DNA of 64,000 nt from an uncultured Planctomycetaceae bacterium (GCA_963813715.1 CAWFAK010000017.1:512001-576000); one strand, 5' to 3'. Numbered from the stretch's first letter, positions 31,689 through 42,352 are shown. Notes: a model not told the origin generated them from the letters alone. Numbers and translations: made by a program.

Positions 31689-33512
31689 ATGACGTTGAAC
31701 TTGCTCGCGCGACGGGTGGCACTCTGCGGATTGCTGGTTTCGGTGGCGTCGGTCGCGGCTCGGGCCGAGGATGCGGCCGACCTGGTTCAAAAGGGGTTCT
31801 ACCTGCAGGTTCACGAGGGGGACCTGGCCGGGGCGGCCGCGGCTTTTGAGCGGGTCGCGTCCGATTCGGCCGCGCCGGCGGGGCTGCGACACGAGGCCGA
31901 GACCCGGCTGGCCCAGTGTCGCGAAGATTTGGCTGCGGCCGATTTGGCCCGGCTGATGCCGTCGGACGCGATCGCCTATCTCGAACTCAACCGGCCGGGC
32001 GACCAGCTGGCCCGCCTGGCCAAGATGATGGGGCTGATCCGCGAGCCGGGCTCCGAGCCGGCCGCGACCGACGGACAAGGTGCCGCGGGCATCCCGCTCG
32101 GCAACGGTTTGGTCTTCCCCGCCAATTTCACGCTGAGCCCAGCCCTCGTGGCGGAACTGAAAAAGTTTCGCGGCGCGGCGCTGGCGATTACGGGATTGGA
32201 CGAGCATCTGAAGAACATGCCGGAAGGCGTGCTGGTGGTTCATCCGGGCGACTGCGACCTGGTGCGCGGCTTACTGGAAACCGCCGTGCAGTTGGTTCAG
32301 CCGGACAGACCGATCGGCGGCTTCAAGACGTATCGGTTCGAGAATGGTCCGCATCACTTCTGGATCACCGTCACTGCGCGGCTGTTGATCGCCGGAACGA
32401 ATCGCGAAGCCGTGGCCGCGACCGTCGAGCGACTGGGCAATCCGAAGGCCGAAGGGCTGGCGACGCGACCGGCGTTCAAGGCGCACGAAGTCGAACGCCG
32501 CAACGGGCTGCTGTTTGCCTACGTCGACGGGCGCGAGACGGCGCGTCGGCTGCGGTCCTTCATGAAGGGGAACGAGGCGGGCATGGTTGCGGGGCTCCTC
32601 GATTTGGAGCACCTCGAATCGCTTACTTTGAGCGTGGGCGTGACGGACAGCAGCGTGCAGGTCGTTGCTCGGATGAACCTGCTGCCCGGGCACCACAACG
32701 TGGCATACAACCTGATTCGCACGGCGCCCTTTGACGGTCGCTCGCTCAAAGCGGTGCCGCGCGGGACTGCGGGGGTTGTGCTCGTCGGGTTGAATCCGGC
32801 GACGCCGCCACAGGCCGCCAAGTCGTCGTCGCCAGGACCCGTCGAAGTGACGGGCATGGACCTCGGGCGCGAGATCTTTGCCAACGTCGAGGAAGTCGCC
32901 TTCTTCGTGCTGCCCACGATCGCCAAGAGTGAGAGCGGGCACGCGCACATTCCGGAGATGGCGGCCGTCTTCGCCGTGAAGGACGCGGCTAAGAGCGAGG
33001 CGATCTGGAATCAGATTCTCGGGATCGTGGCGATGGTAGGAGTACACCACTCGCCGCCCCGCGACGTGACGATCGAGGGAATTCGCGGGGAACAATATCA
33101 GTTCACGGGGATGCCGCCGATCGTCGTGGTGCGGGCCGCGGATCGAGCCTTGATCGTGGGTACGCACGAGGCGGCCAGCGCGGCCGTCCGGGCGAGCGGC
33201 GGCAAGGACTCTATCCTGGCGGACGAGGCCTACAGCAAGTTGCTGGCACGACTCACGAAGACCAGCAGCAAGGCCGTGCTCGTCGACGCCGGCCGCGTGA
33301 TGCAGATCGTCCGCAGTTTCTCCGGCGGAGAGAGCAAGCCCGAGATGGATCTGGTGACCGCGGCATTGAAGGACTTACGCGTCTCGATCGTAACGGACGA
33401 AGCGCCGAACTGCCTGACCGTGAGCGTCGAGGCCAGCGGATTGCCGAATGTGCCGACGCTGATCAGCAAGATCGGGAGTGGATCGGCGCCCCGTTCGCAC
33501 GCGAAGAAGTGA
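31689..33512 (+). CDS. Secreted hypothetical protein (TPR-like N-terminus, DUF3352-like body)
   Basis: Signal peptide ending ARA-ED; helical N-terminal motif (GFYLQVHEGDLAGAAAAF); LARLMPSDAIAYLEL; duplicated beta-rich halves. Confidence 0.7.
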   Translation: MTLNLLARRVALCGLLVSVASVAARAEDAADLVQKGFYLQVHEGDLAGAAAAFERVASDSAAPAGLRHEAETRLAQCREDLAAADLARLMPSDAIAYLELNRPGDQLARLAKMMGLIREPGSEPAATDGQGAAGIPLGNGLVFPANFTLSPALVAELKKFRGAALAITGLDEHLKNMPEGVLVVHPGDCDLVRGLLETAVQLVQPDRPIGGFKTYRFENGPHHFWITVTARLLIAGTNREAVAATVERLGNPKAEGLATRPAFKAHEVERRNGLLFAYVDGRETARRLRSFMKGNEAGMVAGLLDLEHLESLTLSVGVTDSSVQVVARMNLLPGHHNVAYNLIRTAPFDGRSLKAVPRGTAGVVLVGLNPATPPQAAKSSSPGPVEVTGMDLGREIFANVEEVAFFVLPTIAKSESGHAHIPEMAAVFAVKDAAKSEAIWNQILGIVAMVGVHHSPPRDVTIEGIRGEQYQFTGMPPIVVVRAADRALIVGTHEAASAAVRASGGKDSILADEAYSKLLARLTKTSSKAVLVDAGRVMQIVRSFSGGESKPEMDLVTAALKDLRVSIVTDEAPNCLTVSVEASGLPNVPTLISKIGSGSAPRSHAKK

Positions 33513-33593
33513 GCGATCGCAAGCTTGCCGTCGGTTTGGGAACCGACAGCGGAGCTGTCGGCTTGGGAAAGGTGATGGCTGTGAATGATTCCA

Positions 33594-34010
33594 TCATCGC
33601 TCGGTGCAGCCCAGCTCGCCCTGAGACGAAAGACTAGCGAGCGGGGTGTGCCTCGGGGCCGGAGCCGCGGTTGCCTTCGTCATAGTAAACGCGGTTGCCG
33701 ACGCGCGAGATGGTGAGGTACTGCTGCCAGTGCGTGCCGTCGACGTCGTGCGCGGCCCGCATGGTCTGGGTTTCGGTTCGCTCGGCGCGTGGCCTTTCGT
33801 GAGCGCTTCGCCGAACACTCGGCCGTCGAGGTGGTCGGTCGGGAAGTCCAAGAGGTGCAGGATGGTGGGAGCGACGTCGGCGTTGCCGGTCGGCAGCTCA
33901 TCGACGAAGTGCGACTTGAAGTCGGGGCCGGCGGCGACGAGCGTGTTGTGCATGTCGTAGCGGCTGAGCGAGGAATGGTTCCCCTGCCCCGTTCGTCGCT
34001 TCGACGAAGA
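33594..34010 (-). pseudogene. C-terminal remnant of an alkaline phosphatase / nucleotide pyrophosphatase family gene
   Basis: GQGNHSSLSRYDMHNTLVAAGPDFK...PTGNADVAPTILHLL...LDGRVFGEAL. There is no room for the N-terminal part before the divergent gene at 34223. Confidence 0.65.
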
Positions 34011-34222
34011 GGCGCGGCGGCAGAAAACTTAGACAATTGCCGGCTCCAACTGCATCGGCAGAGACGGTTCGCCCGGGGGGCTCAAACACCGGACGGACGC
34101 CGGACCGGCAATGGCGCTTTGACAGTGTCGAGACGATATACTGGCCTCCGAGGTGCGCCGGCGCTGGCGGTACCGAGGCAAAGTTGGCTGGAATCTCCCG
34201 TATTTCCACGTGAGGAGTTGAG

Positions 34223-35371
34223 ATGCAGCAGATCCTTGGGCCGGAGCGAGAGAGCGAATTGTTGGCACGCGGTTTTTCGCGGCGAGACTTCTTTAAAGTC
34301 ACCTCGTTGATGGGGGCGGCCGCGAGCATGCCGTTCTTCGGCGAGGCGGCGCTGGCCCAGTTGTCGTCGTTCGGTAACGAAGTGCCGCCCGACGCGATCT
34401 TGATCAACGCCAACGAAAATCCGCTGGGACCCTGCCCGCAAGCGGTCGAAGCAGCGACCGGCTTCCTCAAGGAGGGGGGCCGCTACCATTTCGAGCTGAC
34501 CGCCCAGTGTCGCGAGCTCCTGGCGCAACAAGAGAACCTCGCGCCCGAGCAGGTGCAGATCTTCGCCGGGTCGAGTCCTCCGCTGACCCAGGCAGTGATC
34601 GCCCACACAGGCCCCCGAAAGAGTTTTGTCACCGGAAACCCGGGCTACGAGGCGGGCGAAGGGGCCGCACGGTTCATCGGCGCCAAGGTGCATCGGGTGC
34701 CGCTGACGAAAACCTACGCGCACGACGTGCGGGCGATGGCGTCGATCGATCCGAACGCCGGCCTGCTTTACATCTGTAATCCAAACAACCCGACCGGCAC
34801 GCTCACGCCCGACAAAGACCTCGATTGGCTGGTCGACCATATGCCGGCCGGCGCGATCCTGCTGTTGGACGAGGCGTACGTGCACATCGCCGGCTGCAAG
34901 ATGCGATCAGACCTGGTGGCGGCGGGCAAGCCGGTGATCATTCTCCGCACCTTCTCCAAGATCTATGGCCTGGCCGGGCTGCGAGCCGGGGCGGCCTTCG
35001 GGCAGCAGGACGTGCTCGATCGCCTGAGCCGCTATAGCCAGGGGATCATGGCGACGACGGGCGTTTCGGCGGCGATGGCCAGCCTGCAGCAGCCGGAACT
35101 GGTGCCGACGCGGCGGAAAATCATCGCCGACACGCGTGCCGAGGTGTTCAAGTTCCTCGACAAGCACGGTTTTTCGTACGTGCCGTCGGTGTCGAATCAC
35201 TTCATGGTCGACGTGAAGCAGCCGGGCGAACGTGTGGCCGCCGCCATGCGGAAAGAAAAGATCTTCATCGGCCGCACCTGGCCGAGCTGGCCCACTCACT
35301 GCCGCATTTCCATCGGCACGCCGGAACAAATGGAGAAATTCCAAGCGGCGTTCCTGAAGGTGATGACCTAG
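34223..35371 (+). CDS. PLP-dependent class I/II aminotransferase (HisC-like) with Tat signal
   Basis: FSRRDFFK...AALAQ; NANENPLGP; CNPNNPTG; DEAY; RTFSKIYGLAGLRAG. Confidence 0.9.
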   Translation: MQQILGPERESELLARGFSRRDFFKVTSLMGAAASMPFFGEAALAQLSSFGNEVPPDAILINANENPLGPCPQAVEAATGFLKEGGRYHFELTAQCRELLAQQENLAPEQVQIFAGSSPPLTQAVIAHTGPRKSFVTGNPGYEAGEGAARFIGAKVHRVPLTKTYAHDVRAMASIDPNAGLLYICNPNNPTGTLTPDKDLDWLVDHMPAGAILLLDEAYVHIAGCKMRSDLVAAGKPVIILRTFSKIYGLAGLRAGAAFGQQDVLDRLSRYSQGIMATTGVSAAMASLQQPELVPTRRKIIADTRAEVFKFLDKHGFSYVPSVSNHFMVDVKQPGERVAAAMRKEKIFIGRTWPSWPTHCRISIGTPEQMEKFQAAFLKVMT

Positions 35372-35408
35372 TTTTGGTCCTCCCGTGCGCGTACGGGCGG
35401 CTCGTTTT

Positions 35409-36245
35409 TCAGCTCGCAGTGATCGCTGATCCGCGCTGGCGCCGCGCCGGTTCGACGGTGCTGGCTGCGAAGTAGCGGTGCGGCGTGACGCCCAGCGTCC
35501 GTTTGAACATCACGATGAAGGCGCTGGCGCTTTCGTAGCCGACGTCGAGGGCGACAGTCGTGACAGGGCGGCCGGCCGCCAAGAGTCGCAGAGCTTGCAG
35601 CAGTCGCAGTTGTTGCCGCCAACGGCCGAACGTCAGCCCCGTCTCCTTTTGAAACAGACGTTCGAGCGTGCGGACGCTGAGGGCCGCCCGGCGGGCTACC
35701 AGGTGCGTTGAGTCGGGATCGTCCAGATGTTGGCGGATCCAGGCGGCGGCGCGCTGGGCCCGTTCGTCCGCCGGCCACGGAAGTTGTAAAGGAATCGTCG
35801 GCAGCACGCGGAGCTGATCGAGCAGCACGCCGACCAGCCGCGCACGCACCGGATCCTTGGTGCTTAAGTAACCGAGCGTGACCGTGTGGCGGATCAGCTC
35901 CCGCAGGAACGGCGAAACATTCACCGCGCAGCACCGCTTGGGCAGCTTGTCAGAAACATGCGTGGACAGATAAAGGGTCTGCACGAGCACCGTCCCGGTC
36001 ATTTCAATTCCGTGCTCGATGCCGGCCGGCACCCAGACCGCCCGGCTGGGAGGCACCACCCAGTCTCCCTCGGCGGTCTTCACCCACATCACCCCTTCCG
36101 TCGCATAAATCAGCTGATGCCAGTCATGCGCGTGCGGCGGGATCGCATAGTTCTCGGTATGTCGCACGACATAACTGCGAACCAGGATCCCGTCGGCCGG
36201 ACCGCGGCTTGGTTGTCGTTTCGATGTGTGACGCTTTTTCGACAT
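35409..36245 (-). CDS. AraC-family transcriptional regulator (NimR-like, cupin + HTH)
   Basis: HAHDWHQLIYA, WVVPPSRAVWVPAG, SVRTLERLF..ETG, GYESASAFIVMFKR. Confidence 0.92.
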   Translation of the reverse strand: MSKKRHTSKRQPSRGPADGILVRSYVVRHTENYAIPPHAHDWHQLIYATEGVMWVKTAEGDWVVPPSRAVWVPAGIEHGIEMTGTVLVQTLYLSTHVSDKLPKRCCAVNVSPFLRELIRHTVTLGYLSTKDPVRARLVGVLLDQLRVLPTIPLQLPWPADERAQRAAAWIRQHLDDPDSTHLVARRAALSVRTLERLFQKETGLTFGRWRQQLRLLQALRLLAAGRPVTTVALDVGYESASAFIVMFKRTLGVTPHRYFAASTVEPARRQRGSAITAS

Positions 36246-36349
36246 TTGTTGACATTTTAGCGAGAGATACGCCTGCCGCACAAACACTAAGATTGGCCCG
36301 CGTCGAAGCAAAATCAGCGTCTTTTCATCATTCTCGGAGATCAGAACCC

Positions 36350-36727
36350 ATGTCCCATAACCTCGCGTTCTTTGCCATTCATGCTGAGGACTTGCCCAAG
36401 GAGCAGCGGTTCTACGAAAGGGTCTTTGGCTGGAAGTTCACTCCCTGGGGCCCGCCGGGATTTCTCTTGATCGAGACCGGCGACAAGCGGGATCCGGGAG
36501 TGCCAGGTGCGTTGCAGAAGCGCCACGAACTGATGCCGGGGCAGCGGTTGACGGGCTATGAGTGCACGATCGACACGAATGATATCGACGCGACTGCTGC
36601 GGCCGTCGAGAAGCACGGCGGGACGATCATCATGCCCAAGTGCGAAATCCCGACGGTCGGTCATCTGATCAAGATTCGCGACACGGACGGCAACGTCGTC
36701 TGCGTGAAGCAGCCCGCGACGACGTAA
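36350..36727 (+). CDS. VOC family protein (divergent AraC target)
   Basis: FFAIHAED...FYERVFGW...DTDGNVV. Confidence 0.88.
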   Translation: MSHNLAFFAIHAEDLPKEQRFYERVFGWKFTPWGPPGFLLIETGDKRDPGVPGALQKRHELMPGQRLTGYECTIDTNDIDATAAAVEKHGGTIIMPKCEIPTVGHLIKIRDTDGNVVCVKQPATT

Positions 36728-36765
36728 CGCTCACGGGTGGGACACTCGCTCAGTCGGTACCGGAC

Positions 36766-38031
36766 TCAGCCTTGTGATTTGCCGATGTTCGCACCGAGGC
36801 GGTCGGGCACGGGGGAGGCCTGGGTTGGCGCGGCGGCGGCAGGAGCATTTGGAGCAGGCGCCGGCTGCGGTTCGTACCCGTATAGCCGGATCACCGATCC
36901 CCACCGCCGCGTGATTTCGGCCCGCTGCTCATCGCCGAGCTGGTAGCGATTGGTTTTATAGCCGGCGTTGTTCGCAACGTGCGCCTGCAGTTTCGGCAGG
37001 ACTTGCTCGAAACCCCCCAGGCCGAGGTGGTCGTAGAGCGTCGCCATCTGGCCGACGGGGTCGCCGACCAGGTCTTCGTACCGGAGTTCGTAGAAGCGGT
37101 CGAAGTCAATCAGCCCTTTCCCCTCTTCGATCTTGTCGTAGACGCGATTGAACGTTTTGTAGACGTGTTCCTCGAGCCCCTGGAAGGTCGGCCGCTGCAG
37201 GCCGAACGTAATATAGAGCGATTTCCAAAGGTTGACCGTCGACGGGAAGACGACGTACGGATCGCGGACGATGTGCACAAAGCGGGCGTCTGGGAAAAGC
37301 TCCAAGAGCGTTTTGACGCGGCAGCTGTGCGTGGGCGATTTGAGCACGAGCCGCTTGTGATGCTTGTACGTCAATTCCTGGAGAAACCGCCGAAACACCC
37401 GCTTCCACCGGGCCAGCGCCCGCGGCGGGATGCCTTCGAGGTCGAGATATTCCTCGTACTGCGGCGGATTGTTGGGAAAGGCGACGGTGAGATAGGGAGA
37501 CGGCAGGCCCAGGTTGCACAGGGCGAACTCGTCTTCTTGCGGACGGTCGAAGCCGGCCGCCATGTTGTCCATCGGCCGCACTGACAGGGAGAAGAACGGC
37601 ATCCAGCGGCTCACGAGCCCTTCGGTCAGCAGGAAGTGATTGGGCTCCATGCACTCGTACGTGCTGGGGCCGACGTGCCGCTCGTCGAGCGCGAGGAACT
37701 CGTGCAGCAAGGTCGTGCCAGTCCGCCAGTGGCCCAGGATGAAGATCGGCGGTTGGTCGATCGGCGTGTTAGCGATCCGGCGTCCGTAGACCAAGTTCTG
37801 CAGGCCGCGGAGCAGCGTGTGCCCCAGGCTGACGATGGTCACGTAGGTGACCACGTGCAGGACCGTCCAGTGGATGCGAAAACCGTTGCGGGCCAACAGC
37901 CGGATCCAGGCGGGAAAGCCGGAGCCAGCCCAGATCATCAGTTGCCACCAGGGAGGCGGATTCGTCGCTTTGGGGCGGGAGTCAGGCGCGGGACTGGTCG
38001 GGGGAGCCGAATCAGTGGCGGCTGCGATCAT
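36766..38031 (-). CDS. Sulfotransferase family protein (Stf3-like)
   Basis: PIFILGHWRTGTTLLH (5'-PSB loop); RPMDNM; PQEDEF; LVLKSPTH; HIVRDPY..FPS (3'-PB). Confidence 0.9.
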   Translation of the reverse strand: MIAAATDSAPPTSPAPDSRPKATNPPPWWQLMIWAGSGFPAWIRLLARNGFRIHWTVLHVVTYVTIVSLGHTLLRGLQNLVYGRRIANTPIDQPPIFILGHWRTGTTLLHEFLALDERHVGPSTYECMEPNHFLLTEGLVSRWMPFFSLSVRPMDNMAAGFDRPQEDEFALCNLGLPSPYLTVAFPNNPPQYEEYLDLEGIPPRALARWKRVFRRFLQELTYKHHKRLVLKSPTHSCRVKTLLELFPDARFVHIVRDPYVVFPSTVNLWKSLYITFGLQRPTFQGLEEHVYKTFNRVYDKIEEGKGLIDFDRFYELRYEDLVGDPVGQMATLYDHLGLGGFEQVLPKLQAHVANNAGYKTNRYQLGDEQRAEITRRWGSVIRLYGYEPQPAPAPNAPAAAAPTQASPVPDRLGANIGKSQG

Positions 38032-38262
38032 GGTGGACTTTCGCAGGAGTTGCGTCCGGGGCGTCGCATTCGGCGAAGAATGCGCCTCGACTCCGGGCGA
38101 GCCGGACAGTCCATCGATCGTAACAGGGTCGCAGAGTGGTTTGATCGTCGCCCGGCTGGCGAACGCCGGCGTCCGGACGAATCATCCTGACACCGCACGA
38201 ATTGGATCGGTTGGGCAGGCAAAAGCGAAATGTTGCCATCGCGAAACGCGGCTGTACGCGAC

Positions 38263-39513
38263 TCACGTGGCCGGGGTCTCGGCCTTCATTTCGTCCAGCA
38301 GGCGGAACGTTTCGTCGAAGAACCGATCTTTGAAGAGGTCGCCGATCAGCAGATCCGTCAGATTCCCCTTCTCGGCCGGATTGCGTTTGACGAACCGGCC
38401 GAAGCTGAAGCCCTCGTAGTATTCGACGACGAGCTTCCGCATGCGGTCCATTCCGCTCTTGAAATCGGTCGCCCACTTGCCGAGTTGGGCGCCCGAGGTG
38501 TCGTTCCGGTCGAGCCCCTCGCAGATGGCGTCGGCCGCCAGCTCTCCCGATTTGAGGGCCAGTAGCACGCCGGACGAATACAGCGGATCGAGGAAGCCGA
38601 AAGCATCTCCCACGCAGACCCAGCCGTCGCCGGCCGCTTCGCGGGCACGGTACGAGTATTCCTTGGCGACGCGAAAAATGTCGCAGCGCGTGCCCATGGA
38701 AATCCGCCGTTTGATTTCCGGACAGAGCTCGACCTGCTCGAAATAAATCGCTTCGTGCTCGGCGTCACGGTTTTTGAAAAGCTCTTCAAACGGGGCGACG
38801 ATGCCGACGCTCACCACATCGTTGTGCAGGGGGATATACCAGAACCATCCCTTTTTGCCCTTCGTCTGCAGGACGATGGTCGCTCCTTCGTCGCGTCCGA
38901 TATCACGGTAGGCCCCTTTCCAATACGTCCAGACGGCCCCCTTCCTCAGGCTCGTGTCCCACTCGCGCAGACCCAGCCGGCCGGCGATCATCGTTGATTG
39001 GCCACTGGCATCGACGACAACGCGAGCGCGGATCTCGCTGACGGTGCCGTCTTCCGTGGAGAATTTTACGCCGACGGCCTTCTGCCCCTCGAAGAGCACT
39101 TCCAGCACGCGGACGCCTTCATGCACTTCGACGCCATGCTCGCGGGCGTTGTCGAGCATCATTTTGTCGAACTCGCTCCGCAGCACCTGCCAGGTCTGCG
39201 AGCATTCGTGCGGCTTATGATCGAGGAAATAGAACGGCTCCGACAGCCGGCCGCTCTGCCCCACGAACTGCACGCTGTGCTTCTTGACGAAGTGGCTCTG
39301 CTTCATCTTGTCGAGCATGTTGAGCCGCTTGAGGACCCAATACGTTTCGGGAATCAGCGACTCGCCGATATGAAATCGGGGAAAATGGTCGCGCTCGAGC
39401 AGGACGACGCGATGCCCTTGCTGGGCGACCAGAGTCGAAACGGTCGAGCCGGCGGGCCCGCCGCCAATCACAACCACGGGAACTTCTTGGGGGAATTGCT
39501 CGGAGTTCGGCAT
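38263..39513 (-). CDS. Flavin-dependent halogenase-like NAD(P)/FAD oxidoreductase
   Basis: GGGPAG; FPRFHIGESL; FVKK; WQVLRSEFD; WFWYIP (WxWxIP); GDAFGFLDPLYSSG. Confidence 0.85.
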   Translation of the reverse strand: MPNSEQFPQEVPVVVIGGGPAGSTVSTLVAQQGHRVVLLERDHFPRFHIGESLIPETYWVLKRLNMLDKMKQSHFVKKHSVQFVGQSGRLSEPFYFLDHKPHECSQTWQVLRSEFDKMMLDNAREHGVEVHEGVRVLEVLFEGQKAVGVKFSTEDGTVSEIRARVVVDASGQSTMIAGRLGLREWDTSLRKGAVWTYWKGAYRDIGRDEGATIVLQTKGKKGWFWYIPLHNDVVSVGIVAPFEELFKNRDAEHEAIYFEQVELCPEIKRRISMGTRCDIFRVAKEYSYRAREAAGDGWVCVGDAFGFLDPLYSSGVLLALKSGELAADAICEGLDRNDTSGAQLGKWATDFKSGMDRMRKLVVEYYEGFSFGRFVKRNPAEKGNLTDLLIGDLFKDRFFDETFRLLDEMKAETPAT

Positions 39514-39781
39514 GTGAAATCCTTGAAGAGTCGCATTTGTTGATAGTTCTTCCCGCGGCGATTGTCCAGACTTGCCGGCTCGCGTCAAAAACTACAGTGG
39601 TGGTCACTTGGTCACACAGCCAATCGACTCGGGAGAGGGAGTTCTCTCGCGAGTCGAGCCACTCAGTCCTGATGCCTCCTGAGCAAACGGCCGAGGCTCG
39701 ACGCTCGTGGAAACTGGCAAAAAACTGCTGTAGCATGGACGTCCTTGGGGCAGCGAGCATCTGGAGCTAAGGGAGCCCGGC

Positions 39782-41510
39782 ATGCGGAAGTTTTTTCGTG
39801 CCTTCGTCTCACATGTCGCGTTGGTCGTTGCGGTCGTGCTGTTCGAGAGCGCCTCGAGCGGCCGACTGAGAGCGCAGGGAACCGGCGAGTACGATCGCCC
39901 CACGAAGAATCCGCATCAGAGCCGCTCGGCTACGGTCGCCCGACATGGCATCGTGTGCTGCGCAACCGCTGGCAGCCGAGGTTGGCCTCGACGTCCTCAA
40001 GGAAGGCGGAACCGCGGCCGATGCGGCCATCGCCACCAATGCGATGCTCGGCCTCGTGGAACCGGGCTCGTGCGGCTTGGGAGGCGACCTCTTCTGCATT
40101 TACTGGGACGCCAAGACCAAAAAACTTTACGGACTTAACGCCAGCGGCCGCAGTCCTTACGCCATGACTCGCGGGGCCCTGCGCCAGCGCGGAGTCCGTG
40201 GACTCAGCGGCGTTTACTCGTGGACCGTTCCCGGCTGCGTCGATGGTTGGGATCAGCTGCGGCAGCGATTCGGGACGATGACTTTGGCGCAGCTTTTGGC
40301 GCCGGCCATCAAATACGCGGAAGAAGGATTCCCGGTCAGCGAGATCATCGACCGCGGCTGGCCACGTCCCGGCCGCGACCCGAGCATGACCGCCACCTAT
40401 TGTCCCAAGGGGCAGCCACCCGAAATCGGCGAGGTGTTCCAGAATCCCGAGTTGGCCACGAACTATCGGCTGATCGCCCAACGGGGTCGCGACGCGTTTT
40501 ATCGCGGTCCGATCGCGGAACAAATCGTCGCCGCCAGCCGGGAGCGCAACGGGTTTTTCGACTTGAAGGATTTCGCCGACCATACGTCCGAGTGGGTCGA
40601 GCCGGTCTCGACCAACTACCGCGGCTACGACGTGTGGGAGCTTCCGCCCAACGGCCAGGGGATCGCCGTCTTGGAGATGCTCAATCTGCTCGAGGGCTAT
40701 GATCTGCGCTCGATGGGTCGTCACAGTCCCGACTATCTGCATCTGTTCATCGAAGCCAAGAAGCTGGCCTACGCGGATCGGGCGAAGTATTTCGCCGACC
40801 CCGCGTTTCACAAGCTGCCCGTCGCCGAGCTGATCTCCAAGGCCTACGCGGAAAAGCGCCGCAAGCTGATCGACCCGCAGCACGCGGCCACATCCGTCGC
40901 CGCGGGCGATCCTCTACTCGCTGCCGGCCACGACACGACGCTGCTTTGCGTCGTGGACAAGGACCGGAATTGCTGCTCGCTGATTCAGAGCAATTCGGCC
41001 CACTTCGGCTCGCGGATCGTGCCCGGTCACGTCGGTTTCGTGATGCAGAATCGCGGCTCCGGCTTTTCGCTCGACGGAGAGAGCTGGAACGCGCTCGAGC
41101 CCCACAAGCGTCCCTTTCACACGATCATTCCCGCCTTCGTCACGAAAGACGGCAAGCCGTGGCTTTGCTTCGGCGTGATGGGGGGCGACCTGCAGCCGCA
41201 AGGGCAGGTGCAGGTTCTCGTCAACCTCATCGATTTTGGTCTGGATGTGCAGGCCGCAGGAGATGCGGGACGCACCAGCCACTCGGGCTCGCAGTCCCCC
41301 AGCGGAGGCAAGATGGATCTGGCCGGGGGCAAGGTCACTGTCGAAAGCGGCATTCCGCAGGCCACCTTCGACGAACTGGTCAAGCGAGGCCACCACGTCG
41401 TCCGCGGCGGCAGCGGCGCCGGCTACGAAGGCATCCTGATCGACCAGCAGCACGGCACGCTGCACGGCGGGACCGAAGCCCGCAAAGACGGAGCGGCCGT
41501 CGCATATTGA
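39782..41510 (+). CDS. ggt: Gamma-glutamyltransferase family protein with signal peptide; frameshift near 39960
   Basis: [33 protein letters not shown] processing site; KRPFHTIIP; GVMGGDLQPQGQ. Confidence 0.9.
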
Positions 41511-41545
41511 CCGCCGGGTATTGAGGCGGTTTGATCGGGGCCTTG

Positions 41546-41722
41546 CTACTTCTTCCGCGGGACTTTCGCTCCCTTCTTGCGCGCTTTCGACAGGCCGATG
41601 GCTATCGCCTGTTTGCGGCTCTCTACGCGCTTGTGCGATTTCCCGCTCGTGAGCGTTCCCTTTTTCTTCCGATGAAGAGCATTTTTGACTTCGGATTTTG
41701 CCTTGGACCCGTACTTAGCCAT
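41546..41722 (-). CDS. Small basic DUF6496-like protein (58 aa; below the ORF-track cutoff)
   Basis: MAKYGSKAKSEVKNALHRKKKGTLTSGKSHKRVESRKQAIAIGLSKARKKGAKVPRKK; GAGG RBS; follows the DUF892 gene. Confidence 0.85.
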   Translation of the reverse strand: MAKYGSKAKSEVKNALHRKKKGTLTSGKSHKRVESRKQAIAIGLSKARKKGAKVPRKK

Positions 41723-41839
41723 GGGAAACTACCTCATTGGATCGGTTTGTACGCGCGTTCAGCGCCAGCCGCGTTTCCGGACTGCAATTCCCCGGAAACG
41801 CGACCGGCGACGCGTATCTGTTTTCTCCACGCCTGGTTT

Positions 41840-42352
41840 TCAGGCCTGAGGCGCCCTGACGTTGACGACGCTCTCGGCGATTTCGGTGAGGATCTTGTCC
41901 GCGTTCCCCTCTTCGTCGAGCGTTTCTTGCAGCTCGTTGGCGATGGCTTCGCGGCCGAGCTGGCGGGCGAAGGTCCGGGCCGTCCCGTAAGCGGCCATTT
42001 CATAGTGCTCGACCCGCTGGGCGGCCGCGATGAGCGCGGCGTCCTTAACGTTCGGATCGCCCTTCGCCCCGATCATCTGCTCGCCTTCGGCGATCAGGCC
42101 CTTCATCGCAGCGCACGTTTCGCGCTCGGGGCTGCGTCCCAGCTTCTGGAAGATGCGCTCCAACCGAACAACATGCCCTTCGGTCTCCCGCAGGTGCGTC
42201 TGAAACGCACTCCGCAAATCGGGTGAATGAGCCGCATCCGCCATCTTGGGAAGCGCCTCGGTCAGGCGTTTCTCGGCATCGTAAAGGTCTTCAATTTGCT
42301 CGATGAACAGGTCCTCGAGCGAGTTGAATTCGAGACTGGTAAACAGATTCAT
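41840..42352 (-). CDS. Ferritin-like DUF892 (YciE/YciF family) stress protein
   Basis: DLYDAE; HLRETEGH; CAAMKGLIAE; AQRVEHYEMAAYGT; TLDEE..AD. Confidence 0.93.
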   Translation of the reverse strand: MNLFTSLEFNSLEDLFIEQIEDLYDAEKRLTEALPKMADAAHSPDLRSAFQTHLRETEGHVVRLERIFQKLGRSPERETCAAMKGLIAEGEQMIGAKGDPNVKDAALIAAAQRVEHYEMAAYGTARTFARQLGREAIANELQETLDEEGNADKILTEIAESVVNVRAPQA

